Shown piece by piece: positions 9,197-20,900 of a stretch of DNA of 64,000 bases; within the stretch, counting starts at the first letter, position 1, and each line of letters opens with the position of its first letter. Source of the stretch: an uncultured Chitinophagaceae bacterium (lineage in GTDB: Bacteria; Bacteroidota; Ignavibacteria; UBA10030; UBA8401); NCBI GenBank assembly GCA_964409765.1, contig CAYPEM010000019.1, positions 1,429 to 65,428 of the forward strand, written 5' to 3'. The translations under genes were made by a program, and so were the position numbers. The notes below the pieces were generated by a model. That model saw only the letters and a list, made by a program, of their open reading frames with translations, was not told the origin of the DNA and did not search any database.

Positions 9197-10240
9197 CTAA
9201 TCCCGGGTTCTATGTCCAAAAACTTCAACCCCCTTCACAAACTGCTCCTTCCTCAACCCCAACCACTCCAAAGCCGTCCCGCTCATTAGCCTCTCTTTAA
9301 TCTTCTCGTCGTATGGCATCGATTCAATCAATTTCCCCGGCGAAAGTTCTCCCAGCGGAAAAGGATAATCAGTTCCAAGAGCAAGACGATCCGGTCCCAT
9401 CAGCTTCATCAGCAAATCCATCATCAACTGATCGTGCACAAGCGTGTCGAGGTAAAATTGCTTCAGATACTTTCTCGGGTTTTCTTTATTGTCAACCGCA
9501 ACCAAATCCGGTCGCACGTTAAAACCATGTTCGATGCGGCCGATCGTCGCAGGAAAAGATCCGCCGCCATGAGCAAATGCAACTTTCAGTTTCGGCAGTC
9601 TTTCGAATACACCCCCGAATATCATCGAGCAAATCGCAAGCGATGTCTCCGCCGGCATTCCGACTAACCATGGCAGCCAGTATTTCTGCATCTTCTCTTT
9701 TCCAACCATATCCCACGGATGAACGAAGATCGCCGCGCCCAGCTCCTGCGCCGCTTCGAAGAATTGAAAGAGCTCCGGCGCATTCAGGTTCCAGTCATTT
9801 ATATGTGACCCGATCTGTACACCGCGCAAACCGATTTTCATGCAACGCTCCAGCTCGTTGATCGCTACCGACGGATCCTGCAATGGTACCGTTCCCAATC
9901 CGATAAATCGTTCAGGATATTTATTTACGATTCCTGCAATGTGATCGTTCAGGTACATCGATAGATCAAGCGCATCTACTGCCTTCGCCCAGTAGCTGAA
10001 CATCACCGGTATCGTCGACAACACCTGTGCATGCACATGATGATGATTGCAGTCCTTTATCCGCACCTCCGCATCCCAGCAATTATCCTGTATCTCCCTG
10101 AAAAATTTTCCGTCGATCATCATCTTCGCGCAACACGGTTTGTAATGATCGAGCGAAATAAATCCGCCGTAACCGTATTTCTTTTTCAGGTCAGGCAGAT
10201 TTTCCGGAATGATATGCGTGTGTATGTCAATTTTTAGCAT
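9197..10240 (-). CDS. Amidohydrolase-2 family enzyme, ACMSD-like (2-amino-3-carboxymuconate-6-semialdehyde decarboxylase family)
   Basis: N-terminal MLKIDIHTHIIPE metal-binding HxH. 347 aa, a typical length. Sits in the genomic context of 3-hydroxyanthranilate dioxygenase. Confidence 0.7.
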   Translation of the reverse strand: MLKIDIHTHIIPENLPDLKKKYGYGGFISLDHYKPCCAKMMIDGKFFREIQDNCWDAEVRIKDCNHHHVHAQVLSTIPVMFSYWAKAVDALDLSMYLNDHIAGIVNKYPERFIGLGTVPLQDPSVAINELERCMKIGLRGVQIGSHINDWNLNAPELFQFFEAAQELGAAIFVHPWDMVGKEKMQKYWLPWLVGMPAETSLAICSMIFGGVFERLPKLKVAFAHGGGSFPATIGRIEHGFNVRPDLVAVDNKENPRKYLKQFYLDTLVHDQLMMDLLMKLMGPDRLALGTDYPFPLGELSPGKLIESMPYDEKIKERLMSGTALEWLGLRKEQFVKGVEVFGHRTRD

Positions 10241-12239
10241 GGCTCGTCGCTTTCACCTGTTGAAATAACCGCTCATATTTTTCTCCGTTTGCCGCATCGC
10301 CGATGTTCCTGTATGTAACCGCTACCAGGCGATAAGGTTCTGTGAATTCAGGATCCGCTTCAATAGACTTCAGGAAATATGCTATTGCCAAGTTGAAGTT
10401 TTCTCTCGCCTGCCTCGAGTGTTTGTCCCTGTTTGCCGGATCTTTCGTCATCATCTCCGTTTCACCCAATCCGTACACACCGTAAACACTGGCGACATTA
10501 TTCAGCGCATGTGCATAATTCGGATTGTAACGCACGGCCTGTTTGAAATTAGTCATGGCTTCCTCGTATCTCTTCTGGTCGAAACAAAGCGTGCCGTAAT
10601 TATTATAAACGATCGGATGCGATGGGTTGTAGCGCAATGCCAGCTTGTAATCTTCTTCGGCTTGTTTATAATTTTTCAGGTGACTGTATATCAATCCGCG
10701 TCGCTGGTAACCGTCAGCATACTGCGGGAATATTTTTACCGCACGGTTCAGATATTCCATCGCTTCGAGTCTTGCCCGTAAAACCATCGTATCCGGCTTC
10801 CCCTCAAGATAATCCTCGTTCGAAATATGATTGGCGAGGTAAAACAACATGTGGGCGCTGTTCGGGACATTCTGAACATCGGTTGTGTACAACGAAAGAT
10901 TATTCTTCCATGTCTCGTTTCTTGCCATGGTAGGGAAAGCAAATAAAACGACGATAATACCAATCGCCGCGATCGCTTTCAGATTATCGTTTATGAATGA
11001 TTTGAAACCGGCATACGCCTCATTCGCCTTTTCACTGCTAAGCAGCCGGGAAATGAGAACGGCTACGATCAGGCAGAAGCCAAGGGATGGCACAAACATC
11101 AGCCTTTCGCCATAATTTGTACCGATAAGTATGATGACATTAGATATAATGGAAGCGGTGATAAAAAAATACAGGATCGAAAAACTGATGATGTCTTTTT
11201 TCTTAAAGCGGATGATTGCATAAACTGCCGCACCGGTTAAAATCACGAATGGTATTAAAAATTTCCAGCTTGACAATCCCACAGGAGGAAACGTATTATA
11301 AGATGCATCGGAGATCAATGGGTAAGGATAAACCAGCTTGGACAAATACACTCCCAAAATATAAATCGCATTTGCTCTCTGAAGCAGGAAGCCCTTTATG
11401 GCTACGATCGAATTATCTTCCATCGGGATAAGGGATTCCACGTGTCCTAATATTTTCGAGCGTATCAACAGGAACACGAGCGTAACCGAAATCATTCCAG
11501 CGAGTGTTTTAATGTATTTATCCCTCCCTGCATTGGTAAAAAAGTAATACATCAGCGGCACAACTGCAATAAACGTTATGGCCGACTCCTTAGCGAACAA
11601 TGAAACAAAAAAGCAACCGATGCCGGCAACATAGGCCCTTGTCGATCCCTTCGTTATATAACTGTGCAGCGACCAAATGGCGGTAAGCACCAGCAGGAAA
11701 CAGACGATTTCGTCGCGGCTTTTAATGTTTGCAACAACCTCGGTATGCAGCGGATGCGCAGCAAAGATCATCGCGGTGATGAATGGTATGAGCATGGCGC
11801 CGTTCATGTATTTGCTCAGCGTCCGGAAAAGGACATAACACAGGAGTGCATAGAAAAGGACGTTTATCCAGTGACTGAGTGCAGGTTTATCGGGGGCGAT
11901 CTCCCATTCGATTGCAAACATGGCTTTCGTAAGTGGGCGATAGAGCTGATAGTCGGTGATGTTCATGCCAAACCGGTACGAAGATTTGAAAATGGCAGGC
12001 ACCGCGCTGATGCCCTGTTTGGTCTGAGTGTTATCCCTGATGAGCCCGAAATCGTCGAGCACATAGTCGTGGTTTAGCGTATTCGAATAAAGTAAAAAAC
12101 CGGTGATGGCGACAAGCAATCCCAACAGGCGGAGCAGCGATCGTTTGCTTTTTTCCTGTTTCTGAATTTGTTTGGCCGAAACAGCCGGCGCATTTTTCTG
12201 CTGCGCGATCTTATCTTTCCTCGTTAATTTCTCAGCCAT
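10227..12239 (-). CDS. Polytopic membrane protein with C-terminal TPR repeats (GT39/DUF2723-like architecture)
   Basis: About 11 predicted TM helices, then TPR-like repeats (YQRRGLIYSHLKNYKQAEEDYKLALRYNP, AHALNNVASVY). Confidence 0.6.
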   Translation of the reverse strand: MAEKLTRKDKIAQQKNAPAVSAKQIQKQEKSKRSLLRLLGLLVAITGFLLYSNTLNHDYVLDDFGLIRDNTQTKQGISAVPAIFKSSYRFGMNITDYQLYRPLTKAMFAIEWEIAPDKPALSHWINVLFYALLCYVLFRTLSKYMNGAMLIPFITAMIFAAHPLHTEVVANIKSRDEIVCFLLVLTAIWSLHSYITKGSTRAYVAGIGCFFVSLFAKESAITFIAVVPLMYYFFTNAGRDKYIKTLAGMISVTLVFLLIRSKILGHVESLIPMEDNSIVAIKGFLLQRANAIYILGVYLSKLVYPYPLISDASYNTFPPVGLSSWKFLIPFVILTGAAVYAIIRFKKKDIISFSILYFFITASIISNVIILIGTNYGERLMFVPSLGFCLIVAVLISRLLSSEKANEAYAGFKSFINDNLKAIAAIGIIVVLFAFPTMARNETWKNNLSLYTTDVQNVPNSAHMLFYLANHISNEDYLEGKPDTMVLRARLEAMEYLNRAVKIFPQYADGYQRRGLIYSHLKNYKQAEEDYKLALRYNPSHPIVYNNYGTLCFDQKRYEEAMTNFKQAVRYNPNYAHALNNVASVYGVYGLGETEMMTKDPANRDKHSRQARENFNLAIAYFLKSIEADPEFTEPYRLVAVTYRNIGDAANGEKYERLFQQVKATSHAKN

Positions 12240-12242
12240 AAT

Positions 12243-12770
12243 TTACGCCGGCATTACAGGGGGTTCCATGACGTGTCCGCATTTTTTACAGGTGCGCAGA
12301 TCTTTATTACTGTAAAAATTATTCATGACTTTCGGCAATTGTGTTACGATGTCGGTCATGAGAAAATATTCGTCATGTAATTTGTTCTGGCAGCGCTCAC
12401 AATACCAGATGAAACCATCCTTCATGCCGGGGCGGCGCTGGACTTCCATCACGAGGCCGATGGTATTTTTGCCGCGCTGCGGGGAGTGAGGTGTTTTTGC
12501 AGGAAGGAGATAAATTTCGCCTTCCTTTATGGGAATATCGATGTGCTTACCATCGTCGACGATTTTCACGGTGATATCACCTTCGAGCTGGTAGAAAAAT
12601 TCTTCAGTCTCGTTATAGTGGTAGTCCTTGCGGGCATTCGGTCCGCCGACGACCATTACAATAAAATCCTGTTCGGGTTTATAAATGACCTGGTTTCCAA
12701 CGGGTGGTTTTAGGAGGTGCCTGTTTTCGTCGATCCACTTTTTGAAATTAATAGCCTTAGTAGCTGCCAT
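12243..12770 (-). CDS. 3-hydroxyanthranilate 3,4-dioxygenase (cupin with C-terminal rubredoxin-like CxxC...CxxC)
   Basis: EFFYQLEGDI cupin motif and C-terminal YCERCQ...CKKCGH. Size 175 aa. Confidence 0.75.
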   Translation of the reverse strand: MAATKAINFKKWIDENRHLLKPPVGNQVIYKPEQDFIVMVVGGPNARKDYHYNETEEFFYQLEGDITVKIVDDGKHIDIPIKEGEIYLLPAKTPHSPQRGKNTIGLVMEVQRRPGMKDGFIWYCERCQNKLHDEYFLMTDIVTQLPKVMNNFYSNKDLRTCKKCGHVMEPPVMPA

Positions 12771-12882
12771 GATTATGATATTTTATGAGGTTATCTTTGA
12801 AACAAACAGAATGCAAAGATTATTAATAGTTTTGTGATTCTTACTTTTCAAAAATAAAGAAACTTTATTCAAATCAAAGCCG

Positions 12883-13665
12883 ATGAACATCGATTTGCAG
12901 GGAAAAAAAGCAATAGTCTGCGGGAGCACAAAGGGAATAGGAAAAGCCGTGGCTGTGGAACTTGCTGCCATGGGAGCAGAAATCATTCTGGTGGCCAGGA
13001 ATGAGACCGAATTGAAAAAAGTTGTTTCCATCTTGAAATTCGGCCCGAAACACACATACATCGTTGCGGATTTCGAAAGACCGGCAGAATTAGGTGAGAA
13101 AGTCAGAAATTACCTTTCAGAAAACGGGCCGGTTCATATCCTGGTAAACAATACCGGCGGGCCGCCGGGCGGACCCATCACGACAGCCGCTGCTGACGAA
13201 TTCACAAAAACATTTTCGAATCACCTGGTCTGCAACCACATTCTCGCGCAGGCCGTCCTTGAAGGAATGAGGAAAGAAAACTATGGTCGCATCATCAACA
13301 TCATTTCGACTTCTGTGAAAGTGCCCTTGAAAAATCTCGGCGTTTCGAATACGGTGCGCGCAGCTGTTGCAAACTGGGCAAAGACATGGGCGAATGAGGT
13401 GGCGCGATTCGGAATTACTGTAAATAATGTTTTGCCGGGCGCAACGCTTACCGACAGGCTTCGCTCCATCATCGATTCGAAGGCAGAAAAATTAAACATC
13501 AGCAAAATTGAAATAGAAAAAGATATGATTGAAGAGATACCAATGAAGCGTTTTGGTATGGCGGAAGAAGTTGCGAATGCAGTTGCTTTCCTTGCTTCGC
13601 CGGCAGCGTCATACATTACGGGGATAAATGTTCCTGTTGATGGTGGAAGGACGGGGGCGTTATAA
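12883..13665 (+). CDS. SDR-family oxidoreductase (3-oxoacyl-ACP reductase-like)
   Basis: GSTKGIGKAVA Rossmann motif, NNTG motif, catalytic S...Y...K spacing. Confidence 0.8.
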   Translation: MNIDLQGKKAIVCGSTKGIGKAVAVELAAMGAEIILVARNETELKKVVSILKFGPKHTYIVADFERPAELGEKVRNYLSENGPVHILVNNTGGPPGGPITTAAADEFTKTFSNHLVCNHILAQAVLEGMRKENYGRIINIISTSVKVPLKNLGVSNTVRAAVANWAKTWANEVARFGITVNNVLPGATLTDRLRSIIDSKAEKLNISKIEIEKDMIEEIPMKRFGMAEEVANAVAFLASPAASYITGINVPVDGGRTGAL

Positions 13666-13782
13666 TTTTTTTCTGCAAAAGCCGCAGAGAAGAATGCACT
13701 ATATAATTCAGAAATATTCATTACTGTTCAATTCCATTTTTTATTTTATTTCCCGTTAATATTTCGTTTCGGACCGTTGCTG

Positions 13783-14688
13783 CTACTTTGCACTTGTTGC
13801 GATAAATTTCTTAGTTGTGCCGGGGCTTCTTCCAAAATGTTTCCTGTACGATTTACTAAAAGCATGCACATTCGAAAAACCGGTGTTCTCGGCTACATCT
13901 GTTACTGACATCTGATGCTTTTTCAATAATTCATTTCCCCGACTAAGTCGCTTTCCAATTATGTATTGCAACGGACTCTTTCCAAATGCCGATTTAAACA
14001 TTCTGTAAAAATGGTACTCGGACATGCCGCTCTCTTTTGCAACTTCTGCTACACTTAAATTCTCTAAGAACAATAAATCAATGTACTCTTTGCCGCGCAT
14101 CAGCCGGTGATACAAATCTTTTTTAGCGCTGGCTTTTATTGCCCTGATCGACTGTAACTGTCGATAAACAGGTATGTGATCCAGTAAAATATTCTCTGCC
14201 AGACCGAAATAAAACTCCCGGGAAAACTCAGGCTTATCCTGCTGATCTGAAATCGGTGCTCTCTCAATCCCCCTCAACATTCTTCCCACATTCGTTTCAG
14301 AAACATTATATTTATTCTCAAGAAAATCACGAGAGTTGAAAAAAACATCGAGTCCCGGATCCGAAACGGGTGTATCCGAACGAAGGTAACTCGCAACAAC
14401 TTCAGAGAGAAGATCAGGAGCAACGTCAATACAAATTCCCTTTACCGTTTTGTCAATCTCAACATATCCCTCCGAAAAATGATTTGCTAATAAATAGCTT
14501 CCGCCTTCAATTGTATATGTGCGGCCATTTACATAATATTTCTCCACTCCACCGGTAACATACTTGATCGAAAAACTTCTAAAGGGCGCCACACAAAACA
14601 ATTCACTCAAGGTGGAAAAATTGATCAGGCAGCTCTTCTTCGGTAAATGCCAGTCCGTGCTGCTTTCAACAGTAAATACATTGGTCAT
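13783..14688 (-). CDS. AraC-family transcriptional regulator
   Basis: C-terminal dual HTH: VAEVAKESGMSEYHFYRMFK...VTDVAENTGFSNVHAFSKSYRKHFGRSP. Confidence 0.8.
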   Translation of the reverse strand: MTNVFTVESSTDWHLPKKSCLINFSTLSELFCVAPFRSFSIKYVTGGVEKYYVNGRTYTIEGGSYLLANHFSEGYVEIDKTVKGICIDVAPDLLSEVVASYLRSDTPVSDPGLDVFFNSRDFLENKYNVSETNVGRMLRGIERAPISDQQDKPEFSREFYFGLAENILLDHIPVYRQLQSIRAIKASAKKDLYHRLMRGKEYIDLLFLENLSVAEVAKESGMSEYHFYRMFKSAFGKSPLQYIIGKRLSRGNELLKKHQMSVTDVAENTGFSNVHAFSKSYRKHFGRSPGTTKKFIATSAK

Positions 14689-14761
14689 ACGGTACGTATC
14701 GTGCGACTGTAAAAATAATTTTATTTGTTACACGCAGAAATTTCCCGTTGATCCATTAACC

Positions 14762-16183
14762 TTATTTAACAATTTTTAAGGCGTCTCTGAAAACTTCATC
14801 CTGATAAACGGCCAGAAAATAAATTCCCTGAGGAAGATCGCCCAGGCCGCTGAAAACCACCTTCTGAACCGAAGATGATGTTTGCTGCTCTTCTTTCCTG
14901 TAAATACATTTCCCGGTTACGTCTCTTAACTCACAACGAATAGCATGAGTGCCCTCAGAATAAATCGGCAATATAAAATTCACATAATCGGTAAACGGAT
15001 TTGGAAAGGCTATACCGCTTTGGTTTCTGAGAACAACATTTTCAACTGCATTAATTGTATTCCATTGAATGTAAGTTTGCAATAACGCTTCAACCACGGG
15101 GCCCAGTTCCCAGGAATTGATCTGGTTGTCGTTGTTCAAAACTGAAATGCTGATGTCGAAATCCGAGAAATACCAGGACGTTGCCGAATAAGACAAATCG
15201 CCACCGTGACCATAGGCCTCCCAGCCCAGGAAAAATTTATGCATGAGTCCGAGACCATAGGTCGTCCCGGGAAGCCCTGGCGCAAAATGAGTCGTCTTTG
15301 CTTCCGCCATCATCTGAATAGAAAGTAAATCACCTCTCATATACGTTCGCATCCATTTCGACAAATCTATTGCATTTGAATAATAGCATCCCGCCGCACC
15401 CCCGGCAGAATTAAGCGAAAGCATATTGTAGTAGAATGAATGAGCATCGTCCTGAACTCCATCGCCGTTCAGATCGATCCACACATGTGCTACCGGAGAG
15501 CTTACTGTTTCGAAGGACGGAGTTGCAATTGTACTTAACGACAACGGAGTAAAAAAACGATTTCTCAATTCCGTATAAAATGGATTTCCGGTCGCGCGTT
15601 GAATGATCATTCCCAGTAACATGTAATTAGTATTGCAATAGGCCCAATTCACTCCCGGTTGCGAAGGTGGCGACTGGATAAATGTATTTATGAGGTCGGC
15701 GGCGTCCCAGATTGAATCAGGATTTGCCTGTAGGGTGGGAAACGTCAGTGGATTTGAGAGTACATCATACAGCCCGCTCTCATGACGGAGCAGCTGGCGA
15801 ATGGTAATGTTCGGATCGATAAATGGTATCGTGTCAGTCCATTCGTAAAGACTGTCGTCGAGATTCAGTACCTGCTGCTCTGCCAATTGAAGAATACAGG
15901 CAGACGTCATCGTTTTTGTAACGCTTCCAATCAGGTAAATGTGGTTTGTATTTGCGTTTACGATAGGATTATTTGATGATCTGCCTGAAGCATTCGCCCA
16001 TTGAAAATTGTTCGGCATCTGGATAGCAGCGCTAAGCGATTTATTCGCCATGTCGTTGTGCACACTGTCGAGAGTATAATCAAGCATTGAATCCAGAACT
16101 GCCGAAATGCTTTGTGAACTGCACGGTAATGATTGAAATACTAAAACCCAGGAGATAATTATTATTCCGATGTTCATTTTCAT
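14762..16183 (-). CDS. Beta-lactamase-family serine hydrolase with T9SS C-terminal sorting domain
   Basis: Signal peptide. SVTK (SxxK) active-site motif in IGSVTKTMT. C-terminal NPFTDYVNF...GIYFLAV...KIVK. Confidence 0.7.
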   Translation of the reverse strand: MKMNIGIIIISWVLVFQSLPCSSQSISAVLDSMLDYTLDSVHNDMANKSLSAAIQMPNNFQWANASGRSSNNPIVNANTNHIYLIGSVTKTMTSACILQLAEQQVLNLDDSLYEWTDTIPFIDPNITIRQLLRHESGLYDVLSNPLTFPTLQANPDSIWDAADLINTFIQSPPSQPGVNWAYCNTNYMLLGMIIQRATGNPFYTELRNRFFTPLSLSTIATPSFETVSSPVAHVWIDLNGDGVQDDAHSFYYNMLSLNSAGGAAGCYYSNAIDLSKWMRTYMRGDLLSIQMMAEAKTTHFAPGLPGTTYGLGLMHKFFLGWEAYGHGGDLSYSATSWYFSDFDISISVLNNDNQINSWELGPVVEALLQTYIQWNTINAVENVVLRNQSGIAFPNPFTDYVNFILPIYSEGTHAIRCELRDVTGKCIYRKEEQQTSSSVQKVVFSGLGDLPQGIYFLAVYQDEVFRDALKIVK

Positions 16184-16386
16184 TATCTGATCATTTGATC
16201 TTACAATATTAAAAAGAGATTTCTGCTATCATTTGTCAAATCCTGCTAATTTTGGAATAAAAAAGTTTTAAATTTCAATTTGCCGCTAAAATCGTTTGAA
16301 GAAATTGTTTCTAACTTTCCGGAAATTTATCCCGAATCTTAAATTAAAAAGGATATCGTCGCGCAGTAATAAATATTCAACTCCAA

Positions 16387-17832
16387 ATGAAAAAAATCCT
16401 CAACTATATAAACGGCGAGCTCGTTGCACCAAAGAGTGATAAATACCTGGACAATGTAAACCCCGCCACCGGCGAAGTCTACAGCCTCATCCCGGACTCG
16501 GACGAGAGGGATGTGGAACTGGCCGTACAGGCTGCATCTGCAGCCTTTGAAGAATGGTCGAACATGCACAAGGATAAACGCTCGGCTATCCTTGTCCGCA
16601 TCTCCGAAATGATTCATGCTCAACTTCCTGAATTTGCTCTTGCTGAATCCATCGATAACGGAAAACCACTGAGTCTCGCCAGCACTGTCGACATTCCGCG
16701 GGCTGTTTCCAATTTTCATTTCTATGCTACTGCCGCTCTTCATACTTCCACGAATGCTCATTCGATGGAAAGCTCGGCAATCAATTATACACTTCGTACA
16801 CCGGTCGGCGTGGTCGGATGCATTTCGCCGTGGAACCTTCCGCTTTATCTCTTCAGCTGGAAAATCGCTCCGGCACTCGCAAGCGGATGTTGCGTCGTAG
16901 CCAAGCCTTCGGAAATTACTCCCATGACGGCTTTCATGCTGAGTAATGTTTGTATCAAAGCCGGACTTCCCAAAGGAGTGTTAAACATCGTTCACGGCCT
17001 CGGACATAAAGCAGGAATGGCCATCGTCTCACATCCGAAGATTGCAGCCATCAGTTTCACGGGAGGAACCAAAACGGGCGAGACTATTGCAAGGGCTGTC
17101 GCTCCTCAGTTCAAGAAATTATCACTCGAACTTGGCGGTAAGAATCCAAATATCATCTTCGCCGATTGCGATTTCGAAAAGGCAGTTCACACGTCAATCC
17201 GTTCTTCGTTCTCTAACCAGGGCGAGATCTGCCTCTGCGGATCACGCATATTCGTCGAGCAGCCTGTCTATGAAAAATTTAAAAAGGCATTCGTCGAACA
17301 AACAAAAAAATTAACCGTCGGCAACCCATTGGATGAACATACGAAGATCGGTGCCATCGTCTCAAAACCACATTACGAAAAAATCCTCTCGTATATCAGT
17401 CTTGCAAGAGAAGAAGGCGGCACGATTCTCACCGGAGGAAATTCAGTGAATCCCGGAGGCGGGAATAAAAACGGATTTTTCATCGAGCCCACAGTCATTG
17501 AAGGACTCACCTACGATTGCCGCACCAACCAGGAAGAAATCTTCGGCCCCGTTGTCACCATCATGCCATTCACGACAGAAGAAGAAGCGCTAAAATATGC
17601 CAACAGCACCCAGTATGGGCTGGCTGCCACCGTCTGGACCCAAAATCTCAGCAAGGCTCACCGTGTCGCAGCAAAAATCGAAAGCGGTATCATCTGGATC
17701 AACTGCTGGCTACTCCGTGATTTGCGCACTCCATTCGGCGGAATGAAAAATTCCGGCATCGGAAGAGAAGGTGGATTTGAGGCGCTCAACTTTTTTACGG
17801 AGGAGAAGAATGTTTGTATTAGAATTAGTTGA
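16387..17832 (+). CDS. NAD-dependent aldehyde dehydrogenase (2-aminomuconate/2-hydroxymuconate semialdehyde dehydrogenase-like)
   Basis: ALDH glutamate motif LELGGKNP and cysteine motif FSNQGEICLCGSR. 481 aa. Confidence 0.8.
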   Translation: MKKILNYINGELVAPKSDKYLDNVNPATGEVYSLIPDSDERDVELAVQAASAAFEEWSNMHKDKRSAILVRISEMIHAQLPEFALAESIDNGKPLSLASTVDIPRAVSNFHFYATAALHTSTNAHSMESSAINYTLRTPVGVVGCISPWNLPLYLFSWKIAPALASGCCVVAKPSEITPMTAFMLSNVCIKAGLPKGVLNIVHGLGHKAGMAIVSHPKIAAISFTGGTKTGETIARAVAPQFKKLSLELGGKNPNIIFADCDFEKAVHTSIRSSFSNQGEICLCGSRIFVEQPVYEKFKKAFVEQTKKLTVGNPLDEHTKIGAIVSKPHYEKILSYISLAREEGGTILTGGNSVNPGGGNKNGFFIEPTVIEGLTYDCRTNQEEIFGPVVTIMPFTTEEEALKYANSTQYGLAATVWTQNLSKAHRVAAKIESGIIWINCWLLRDLRTPFGGMKNSGIGREGGFEALNFFTEEKNVCIRIS

Positions 17833-17962
17833 TTCGTTAATTCGTTGATTCGTTAATTAGCCGCGTGAAAATGTAACTACAACTATTATATCTAATTGTA
17901 CTGCGCAATCTGGTAATACGCAGCATAATTAACGAATTAACTAATCAACGAATTACTCAACC
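17829..17962. terminator. Long imperfect inverted repeat between convergent genes (arms about 17829-17858 and 17928-17962), with an inner GC hairpin; probable bidirectional terminator
   Basis: ttgattcgttaattcgttgattcgttaatt against aattaacgaattaactaatcaacgaattactcaa. Inner ctgcgcaatctggtaatacgcag. Confidence 0.45.
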
Positions 17963-20900
17963 ACGATCGACATCGTCTTCGAAAAATCATTCGACCTCAC
18001 GGTAACGAAATAAATTCCTTTAGCAAAATCAGACATGTTGATTGTCTGGGAATTTATTCCATTGAAAAGCTTGAAATTTTCTCTGTATAATTCCTTGCCT
18101 GTGATGTCGTGAATAATAAACTCCGACTTCAGATTCTTCTTGCTTTCCAGTCGAATGGTGAGCATGTCTTTCACAGGATTCGGATAGATGTTGATCGAGC
18201 CTTCAATTGCACTGATCTCCTGTAATCCCAATACAACAGTAACGGTTACCGAAGATACATTGGTACATCCATTCAGCCCCACTTCTACAGAATATGTATT
18301 CGAACTGTTCACGGTAATTTTACGCGTAGTGGCGCCGGTCGACCAGCTGTAAAAATCATATCCGGGTCCTGCGTCGAGATTGATCGATGAGCCTGACTCA
18401 ATTACAGTATCGGGGCCCAGAGAGATATCCGGATTCGGGAATACGGTTGCAACAACCGGCTGTGGAGTGCTGGAGCAGTTAGAGATGGCAACAGCATAAA
18501 AAGTTGTCGTGGAATCGAGCACAGGCGTAGTGTATGAATTTCCCATTGCGAGAACGGTTCCGCCCGTTGGCTGTGAGAACCAGAAGATCGGCTCATTCGC
18601 CTGCGCACTCAGGAATGCAGAGCCGCTGCCACAGATGATGGCATCGCTGCCAACCGGCGTTTGGGCTCTTGGTTCGATGATGGCTCGTATCGGTGTCCTT
18701 ACCGGGCTTGAACACAGGTCATATGCTTCGGCATAAAATGTTGTGCTTGTTGAAATCGAAGGGGTATTAAACAAAGATCCCGAAGCCAGAGCCGTACCTC
18801 CTGTTGGAGTATCATACCAGAATATCTGTACGTCTGCAGTTGCATAAAGTGAAACAACTCCGCCCTCACAGAATGTGCTGTCAGACCCTGCCGGAGCATC
18901 CGGAATGGTATTTATCATGGCCAATGCAGGAACGCGTTCACTCGCACATCCGTTATTTGATTCGGCATAATATGTTTTTGTTTCGGAAAGAACAGGCGTA
19001 GTGAAATTCACGCCGGCTCCGACCTGGTGACCGGCAACGACAGAATCATACCAGAAGATGGGCGCAAGTGCGCTTGCTGTGAGAGTAAGTGTACCGTCAC
19101 CACAACGCGATACATCCCTCACAAGCGGCGGCGATGCAGAATTGACGACAACATTTACCGCAACGCGTTCACTTACACAAACGGTTCCCGCTTCGCAATA
19201 AAATATTGTGTCGTGAGGTATGAATCCCGTTACAAAAGTATTTCCGGTAAAGAGAAGACCTCCGCCTGTACTTGCATTGTACCAGTTCACTACGGCTGTA
19301 TCAATCGCCTGTATCGTCACCGATCCTGCTCCGCAACGGGAAACATCCGAAACGACTGGCGTCGCGGTAATTTCATTTATTATTGCGTCTACAGGAACCT
19401 TTACACTCGGGCAGCTCAGACTCGTTTGCGCATAGTATGTGGTAGTGTTCGTGAGTGTAGGTGTTGTGAATGTGGTTCCCGTACCAACGATATTTCCATT
19501 TGGCGCATCAAACCAGTAGATCGAATCCGGTGCTGACGCAGTAAGAGTCACTATTCCCTCTCCGCATCTGGATACCGTATTTGCAACCGGAGCCTGTCCG
19601 CTCGATACAATCGTAACCTCTAATGTGTCTGAGTATCCCGAACAGCCCTGGTTCGACACCCTGACGGTATACTCTCCTCCGGAAACTGCCGTGTACGTTG
19701 TATCGGTTGCTCCTGGAATATCAGAGCCATTCAAAAGCCATTGATAGTTGTAACCGGCCGTGTGATTTGCCGTGAGAACTGTATATCCCCCTTGGCAAAA
19801 TGATGTATTTCCTTCCACATGTGTTGCTGTGGTAATGCCAGAACTCCTCTGCGCACCCGGCGAGCCGCCAAGACATCCTATCTCCCAGTTATTCCCATCG
19901 CCCGGATTGGCAGTATTAGACGTTAGCTCACACGTATACCCCTGCCCATCGGCTTCTACGGGCCATGGCGAAACATCCTGGTAATAAAACGAGATCAGCA
20001 CCTGATCGTTTGCATCCAGCAGCCTGATCTGGTCGCCGCCATTCGAGAGGCTGAATCCCAATTCTCCCATAACATTGTTTACTGACGGGAAAACGCCGGA
20101 AAATTTTGTCAGATCCTGGGCAACCACCAAATACCCGTGAGAAGGAATTGCAGTTCCTACCGGAAACACGTATGTATTCAGATCGTCCGAATCCTTTAGC
20201 TTCCACCCGCTGATATTTATGGAGCTCGAACTGTAGTTGTGTAACTCTATCCAGTCGCCGGAATTCAACGCCCCGTCCGAATTATAATTGAACTCGCTGA
20301 TGCATACCGAAGGCGCCTGGGAAGAGCCTGAAAAATAAGCGGTAATCGATTCAGTGGCATTGGCAAAATCGTAGGTAGTCGTCTGGTTGTGATCATTTGA
20401 AATGGCATGATTCGAATTCCATCTGTCAAACGTATATCCGGGGTTTGGAATCGCAGTAATCGTAACCGGATTTCCATTGAAATAAACTCCCGTCCAGGGA
20501 TAAGAAGTCGGAACAACCGTGGAGACCTGTATTCTTCCTGCGCCACTTGGATTTACATTAAATGTAAGTGTAACCTGGCGGTTCAAATTAAACTGGCTCT
20601 CGATCTGGTCACGAGCAACTGCAGGACGGTTATTGATAAAACTCTGCATGGAGTTAATGTGGCTATGCCAGTTGCTCACTGTGCTTCCCCATTTCGCAAA
20701 ATGCTTCGTCATATCGTACTCCATTGAGTCTTGGAAAGAATGCATGATGCCCAGCATGTACGAGGGCTTGAAGATCGTATTAATCAGGTCGGCATAACGA
20801 TTTATAAATTCGCGTTTGAATTGCGGATTATTAAGCATCGACCTGAACATATTAGATGAATTACTATTTGCTGTTGGGTTAATAGCAATTGCAAGCCTGT

